In this document: one piece after another, positions 59,625-64,000 of the stretch
How the letters are laid out: every line of letters starts with the position of its first letter
How positions within the stretch are numbered: position 1 is the stretch's first letter
Assembly (NCBI GenBank): GCA_018823885.1
Contig: JAHJHG010000001.1
Span: 42,439-106,438, forward strand
Source of the DNA: Patescibacteria group bacterium
GTDB taxonomy: Bacteria; Patescibacteriota; Microgenomatia; UBA8517
DNA length: 64,000 bases
Direction: 5' to 3'
Position numbers and translations under genes: made by a program
Notes under the pieces: model-generated
Told to the model about the DNA's origin: nothing
Database searches by the model: none
The model's input: only the letters and a program-made list of their open reading frames with translations

Positions 59625-59710
59625 GCCGAGGTGGCGGAATTGGCAGACGCGCGAGACTCAAAATCTCGTGGTACGTAAGTACCGTGTGGGTTCGACTCCC
59701 ACCTTCGGCA
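59625..59710 (+). tRNA. tRNA-Leu(CAA)
   Basis: Cloverleaf with long variable arm; anticodon arm CGAGA-CTCAAAA-TCTCG. Confidence 0.95.
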
Positions 59711-59742
59711 CAAAAGATAGCAATTGAACGCTAACTCTAAGT

Positions 59743-61083
59743 TTATTTTGACTTCTTCTCCGTCGGTCTCTTCATCTCTCGACCATAGAATTTGATTCTA
59801 TCTCCCCTAAAAAAGAGTTTCAGGGATCTAAGGGGTCCATTTCTGTGTTTAGCAATATCTAAAACAATGTTTTCCTGTTTTTCTTCATCTTCTTTCCATA
59901 AAAACATAACCACGTCTGCGTCTTGTTCTATGCTACCCGAGTCTCTGAGGTCAGCAAGTTGCGGCCTCTTTTCCCCACCCCTGTGTTCAACCGCTCGAGA
60001 AAGCTGAGAAATAGCGAGAACAGGAAGTTTTAGTTCTCTTGCCAAATTTTTTAATCCCTGTGATATTTCAGATACTTCCTGAACTCTATTCTCCAAATTT
60101 CTGCTTCGCGCAAGCTGAAGGTAATCAACAATTAATAAATCAACACCCTTCTCAACCTGAAGCCGTCTTGCCTTTGTTCTCATTTCTAATATAGATAATG
60201 CTGGAGTATCGTCTATATATAGTGGTGCTTCTGCAAGTTCCCCCATCGCGTTTGATAGTTTCGTAAAGTCGTCCTCGGTAAGTTTCCCTGTTTTTAATCT
60301 CCAAGCATCTATATCTGCTTGGGTTACCAAGAGCCTGTCAACTAACTCCTCTCGGCTCATCTCCAGAGAGAAAAAGCCAACGGGCCGATTATGCTTAACG
60401 GCCAAATTCTGAGCGATATTTAGAGCCAAAGAAGTTTTTCCAATTCCAGGTCTAGCGGCCAGCACTAAAAGGTTTGATCTTTGCATCCCCGCAAGAGTAT
60501 CGTCTAAATCTTTAAATCCTGTAGGTACGCCTCGCAACCCCTCTGCCTGTTTATGAAGTTCGTCCAATCTATCAAAGCTCTCTGTCAAAGCTTCCCTAAC
60601 GGAAGTAAAGGCTTGAGTTAAATGACGTTGGGTCAGCGCAAAAACAGCGGATTCAGCTTTATCCAAAAGCTCACTCGCAGCCAAACTATCGTCTAATGAA
60701 AAATCAACTAATTTTGTTGCCGCAATCATCAAAGACCTTTTGGTAGCCGCGTCTTTCACTATTTTTCCGTAATGTTCTACATGCGCTGCTGTCGGCACCT
60801 TGTTGGCAATTTCTGCCAAATAACTTGCTCCACCAATTTTTTTCAATGTTCTTTTCTTTTTTAGTCTTTCCGCGACTGTCAAAACGTCTATCGGTATTCT
60901 CTCCTCATAAAGATCTACGCAACTTTCGAATATTGTTTTGTGGCGATCGTCATAGAAGTCTTCAGACGACAAAAACTCGGCAACGGCAATTATTGCGTCC
61001 TTATCAAGCAGTAAGGCCCCAAGAACTGATTCTTCGGCCTCATTTGAATGTGGAGGAATCCTTACCTGTAATTGATCTGCCAT
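59743..61083 (-). CDS. dnaB: Replicative DNA helicase
   Basis: AARPGIGKT, FSLEMS, VDYLQL, SQLSR, DLRDSGSIEQDAD; no intein. Confidence 0.97.
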   Translation of the reverse strand: MADQLQVRIPPHSNEAEESVLGALLLDKDAIIAVAEFLSSEDFYDDRHKTIFESCVDLYEERIPIDVLTVAERLKKKRTLKKIGGASYLAEIANKVPTAAHVEHYGKIVKDAATKRSLMIAATKLVDFSLDDSLAASELLDKAESAVFALTQRHLTQAFTSVREALTESFDRLDELHKQAEGLRGVPTGFKDLDDTLAGMQRSNLLVLAARPGIGKTSLALNIAQNLAVKHNRPVGFFSLEMSREELVDRLLVTQADIDAWRLKTGKLTEDDFTKLSNAMGELAEAPLYIDDTPALSILEMRTKARRLQVEKGVDLLIVDYLQLARSRNLENRVQEVSEISQGLKNLARELKLPVLAISQLSRAVEHRGGEKRPQLADLRDSGSIEQDADVVMFLWKEDEEKQENIVLDIAKHRNGPLRSLKLFFRGDRIKFYGREMKRPTEKKSK

Positions 61084-61137
61084 GATTCGTTTGTAACAAA
61101 AGAAATATGATTAGTAAAGAGTACTTTTGGGCAGATG

Positions 61138-61788
61138 CTATTGTTTGGTCTCTAATAATACAACTTTCTGTTCTTCTTCAGGTGCCCTATTTGTTATCGT
61201 TAGTTTCTTTAACTTTTCAACAGGTAATCCTATCTGCGTCAGAAACGGCTCAACGGGTGCAAGTTTCGAAAATGTTGCAGGATTTAGATTGGGTACTTTG
61301 AAATGCATCGGAATTATTATGCTTGGTTCGATTAACCGAGTTAATTCCGTCGCCCTAACAGCGCCAATCGTATATTCTCCCCCGACTGGAACAATTAACA
61401 CATCAACACTTCCTACCTTTTCTATAAATTTCTCTGAAAGTTTGTGGCCCAAATCTCCTAAATGAACAATTCTTAATCCGTCCATTTCGATCATATAGAT
61501 CGTATTCTTCCCTCTTTTGGTTCCTTTTGTATCATCATGATAAGAAGCAATACCAACAATTGAAACGCCATTGATTTCATACTCTCCAGGTCCTGAAATT
61601 ACTTTCCTAACATCCTTAACCAACTCTGCCTTGTTGTGATCTTCATGATCATGCGATATGGTTACAATCTCGGCTGATACTTTTGGAAAAGGAAGGCCAA
61701 CTGCCTTGGAATCAAATGGGTCAATTACCACACTAGCTGTTTTGCCTTTTAAGCGAAATGAGGAGTGTCCTAAATATGTTATATCCAT
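61138..61788 (-). CDS. MBL-fold metallo-hydrolase
   Basis: LGHSSF, SHDHEDH, HLGDLG, IPMH. Confidence 0.9.
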   Translation of the reverse strand: MDITYLGHSSFRLKGKTASVVIDPFDSKAVGLPFPKVSAEIVTISHDHEDHNKAELVKDVRKVISGPGEYEINGVSIVGIASYHDDTKGTKRGKNTIYMIEMDGLRIVHLGDLGHKLSEKFIEKVGSVDVLIVPVGGEYTIGAVRATELTRLIEPSIIIPMHFKVPNLNPATFSKLAPVEPFLTQIGLPVEKLKKLTITNRAPEEEQKVVLLETKQ

Positions 61789-61916
61789 TGTCTAAATATT
61801 GTTTGGCCTATCAAGGCATACTATCAAACCCCTAACACCTTGACAACGATTAATTGTTGAAATATATTAGTCTCAGCCTATTAATAGAGGCTTTTTTTTA
61901 TTATACTGCTCACTAT

Positions 61917-62354
61917 ATGCGTAAAGAAATATTATTTGCAATTCTCGCGGGAGTAACTTTCGGCTTAATAATTGCCTTTGGCGTTTGGAGGGCTAACGTT
62001 GCTTTGAGGCCAGATGGAGCTAATACGACTGCACCCGAAAACACCTCTGAAACAGCCCAGGCGGACTTTGGAATTACAATCGCCAAACCTCAAGACTACC
62101 AAGTCATAACTGTCTCCTCTACCACCCTTACCGGCATCACCAAGCCCAATGTCTGGATTATTGTTTCAGCAGAAGAAGAAGATTATGTAGCAAAAACTGG
62201 TGAAAACGGTGAATTCGAGATTGAAATCGATGTTATAGGTGGCGTAAATGAAATATTAATAACTGCCTTTGATAATGAAGGTGCAGAAACCCAAGAAAAA
62301 CTTATTCTCGTTTATTCATCTGAGCTAGCTAAGCAAGTGGAAGGAGACAATTAA
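61917..62354 (+). CDS. Membrane-anchored Ig-like domain protein
   Basis: N-terminal TM; TGITKP, GEF, GVNEI beta-sandwich pattern. Confidence 0.7.
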   Translation: MRKEILFAILAGVTFGLIIAFGVWRANVALRPDGANTTAPENTSETAQADFGITIAKPQDYQVITVSSTTLTGITKPNVWIIVSAEEEDYVAKTGENGEFEIEIDVIGGVNEILITAFDNEGAETQEKLILVYSSELAKQVEGDN

Positions 62355-63004
62355 TGAAAAAAATATTTACTATTGTGTTCTTATTGGCTTTGATAACCTT
62401 AACAACTTTTGCAACCTTCGCTCAGGAAACATCAACGGACGAAGCAGGCTCCGTTAGAGACAATGTGCAAAAGAAGGTGGAAGAAGCAAGAACTATACCT
62501 TTTGCATATATCGGAAGTGTAACCGATATCGCAGAGGAAACAATTCAGGTTAATAAATACATTTTCGGTACAACTAAAGAGGATGCGGGAGAAATTCAAC
62601 AAATCTCAGTTGATGAAGAAAACACAGTATTCATTAAAATTACCAAAACGACTACTACCGTGAAATTATCTGATTTGGCTATCGGTGATTTTATCATTGC
62701 CATGGGCTACAAAAACGGAAATAGTGTTCTGGAAGGAAAAAGAATACTAATTACTACCTCTGTTGAGCCAACCACTCGTAAAGCAGTATTTGGGGAACCA
62801 TCTGAAATAGCCAAAAAATCTCTAACGCTAACGGCCTCAACTGGCAAGGAATGGACCGTAGAATTTGGGACAAAATGGGAAGGGCCCGAACTTAGCGAAA
62901 TAGACGAAGGAGACAAAATAATGATAGTTGGCACAACTGAGGGAAATACCCTTGATGCCAGATTTTTGCACATAATTACCCCCGAAGAGGCAAAAGAAGA
63001 ATAA
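62354..63004 (+). CDS. Secreted protein with DUF5666-like beta domains
   Basis: Signal peptide (TFA-Q); DLAIGD.I..G and EGDKI.IVG repeats. Confidence 0.65.
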   Translation: MKKIFTIVFLLALITLTTFATFAQETSTDEAGSVRDNVQKKVEEARTIPFAYIGSVTDIAEETIQVNKYIFGTTKEDAGEIQQISVDEENTVFIKITKTTTTVKLSDLAIGDFIIAMGYKNGNSVLEGKRILITTSVEPTTRKAVFGEPSEIAKKSLTLTASTGKEWTVEFGTKWEGPELSEIDEGDKIMIVGTTEGNTLDARFLHIITPEEAKEE

Positions 63005-63044
63005 ATTTGACTTCATATTTTCACTAAAGTATCATATCTCGACC

Positions 63045-63092
63045 ATGAAGAAACAATTAAACAAAATGTCTCATTATTACCCATCAACCTAA
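63045..63092 (+). CDS. Putative leader peptide MKKQLNKMSHYYPST upstream of hisS
   Basis: ATG 9 nt after TTGACT-N17-TATCAT; overlaps attenuator stem 1. Confidence 0.55.
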   Translation: MKKQLNKMSHYYPST

Positions 63093-63144
63093 AGTTGGGT
63101 GGTAATTTGCGTGGTTTACTTACCAGCCAACTGGCTGGTTTTTT
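63076..63144 (+). promoter_or_regulatory. hisS transcription attenuator
   Basis: Terminator ACCAGCC-AACT-GGCTGGT-T5; antiterminator GTTGGGTGGTAA pairs with TTACCAGCCAAC (11/12). Confidence 0.7.
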
Positions 63145-63173
63145 AATTCCATAAAATATATTATTAAGTAGTT

Positions 63174-64000
63174 ATGAAAAAAGGACCAATAACACCAAAA
63201 GGATTTAGGGATATTAATCCGAAGCTAGCTATAAAACGTCGCCGTGCCATTAATAGAATCGCGGAGGTTTTAGAAAGTTTCGGCTTTCTTCCTATTGAAA
63301 CGCCCACTGTTGAGTTTGCAGAAACGCTTCTTGGAAAATACGGAAAAGAAGAAAAGTTAATCTACCAATTTACAGATCGTGGCGGAAGAAAACTAGCTCT
63401 TCGATATGACTTGACTGTTCCTTTGGCCCGTTTTGTTGCAAACAATCTTGACCTTTTAAGACCTTCTTTTTCTCGATATCAAATTGGTTCGGTTTTTAGA
63501 GGTGAGAAGCCCCAAAGAGGGAGATTTCGTGAATTCGTTCAATTTGATTTTGATATTGTTGGTTCCTCAGATACATATGAGGAAGATGCAAAAATTATTG
63601 CCGCTGCAATAAAATCCGCTAGAGGGCTCGGGCTTGAAAAAGCGATAATGGCAATAAACGACAGAAAAAACTTCGAAGGACTACCCATGGAAGCTGTGAG
63701 GGCTTGGGACAAGTTATACAAGATAGGGCTGGATGGCGTCAAAAAAGAGCTTTCGACAAAAGGGTTTTCGGAAAGTGAAATCGAGAAATTCATAGGCACC
63801 CTTGACAAAAAACGTAAGACAGAAAATTTCAACAAGGTCAGGGAAATCTTAGAGTCCAAATATGATTTGAGGTTTGGAACAGATTTTGTTTTAGACAACA
63901 CTTTGGCTAGAGGACTCGATTATTACACTGGTTTGGTATTCGAGCTTAAGCCGTCAGGCAAGCAAGGCGATCTCTCCATAGGAGGTGGAGGCCGATATGA
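63174..64000 (+). CDS. hisS: Histidine--tRNA ligase, truncated at window end
   Basis: Hand-translated: PKGFRD, IETPTVE, LALRYDLTVPLARF, FRGEKPQRGRFREF.QFDFD, LARGLDYYTG, GGGRY. Confidence 0.95.
   Translation, partial: MKKGPITPKGFRDINPKLAIKRRRAINRIAEVLESFGFLPIETPTVEFAETLLGKYGKEEKLIYQFTDRGGRKLALRYDLTVPLARFVANNLDLLRPSFSRYQIGSVFRGEKPQRGRFREFVQFDFDIVGSSDTYEEDAKIIAAAIKSARGLGLEKAIMAINDRKNFEGLPMEAVRAWDKLYKIGLDGVKKELSTKGFSESEIEKFIGTLDKKRKTENFNKVREILESKYDLRFGTDFVLDNTLARGLDYYTGLVFELKPSGKQGDLSIGGGGRY

Noticed and set aside
59743-61083. Inteins in dnaB (also checked gyrA/gyrB)
   Set aside because: Normal lengths and uninterrupted motifs
63539-63901. 120-aa minus-strand ORF
   Set aside because: Antisense shadow of hisS, which the track missed because it has no stop in the window

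Overview
Chromosomal segment of a small-genome, AT-rich bacterium using genetic code 11 (TGA is a stop). Gene content and style point to a CPR/Patescibacteria organism, most likely Microgenomates (inference). Core genes: thrS-infC-rpmI-rplT-pheS-pheT, tyrS, recG, rpmF-nusB-acp-rnc-rpsP-khpA, gyrB, gyrA, ppa, a Xer recombinase, yebC, efp, dnaB and a partial hisS. There are three tRNAs, an ECF sigma module, and a 13.5-kb type IV pilus locus with about ten pilin-like genes. Non-coding signals found by eye: (1) a ~640-nt ORF-free region (52020-52656) whose ends and interior fold into nested helices, with G-U pairs favouring the + strand, i.e. a candidate large ncRNA; (2) a 28-bp symmetric dif-like site inside it, with a matching half-site in the xer promoter; (3) two copies of a conserved 3' hairpin motif with a variable distal stem flanking an M50 protease gene, one preceded by a 13-nt complement of the 16S rRNA 3' end; (4) leader-peptide attenuators upstream of pheS and hisS; (5) widespread leaderless-type promoters. 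No CRISPR array, rRNA or transposase was seen.
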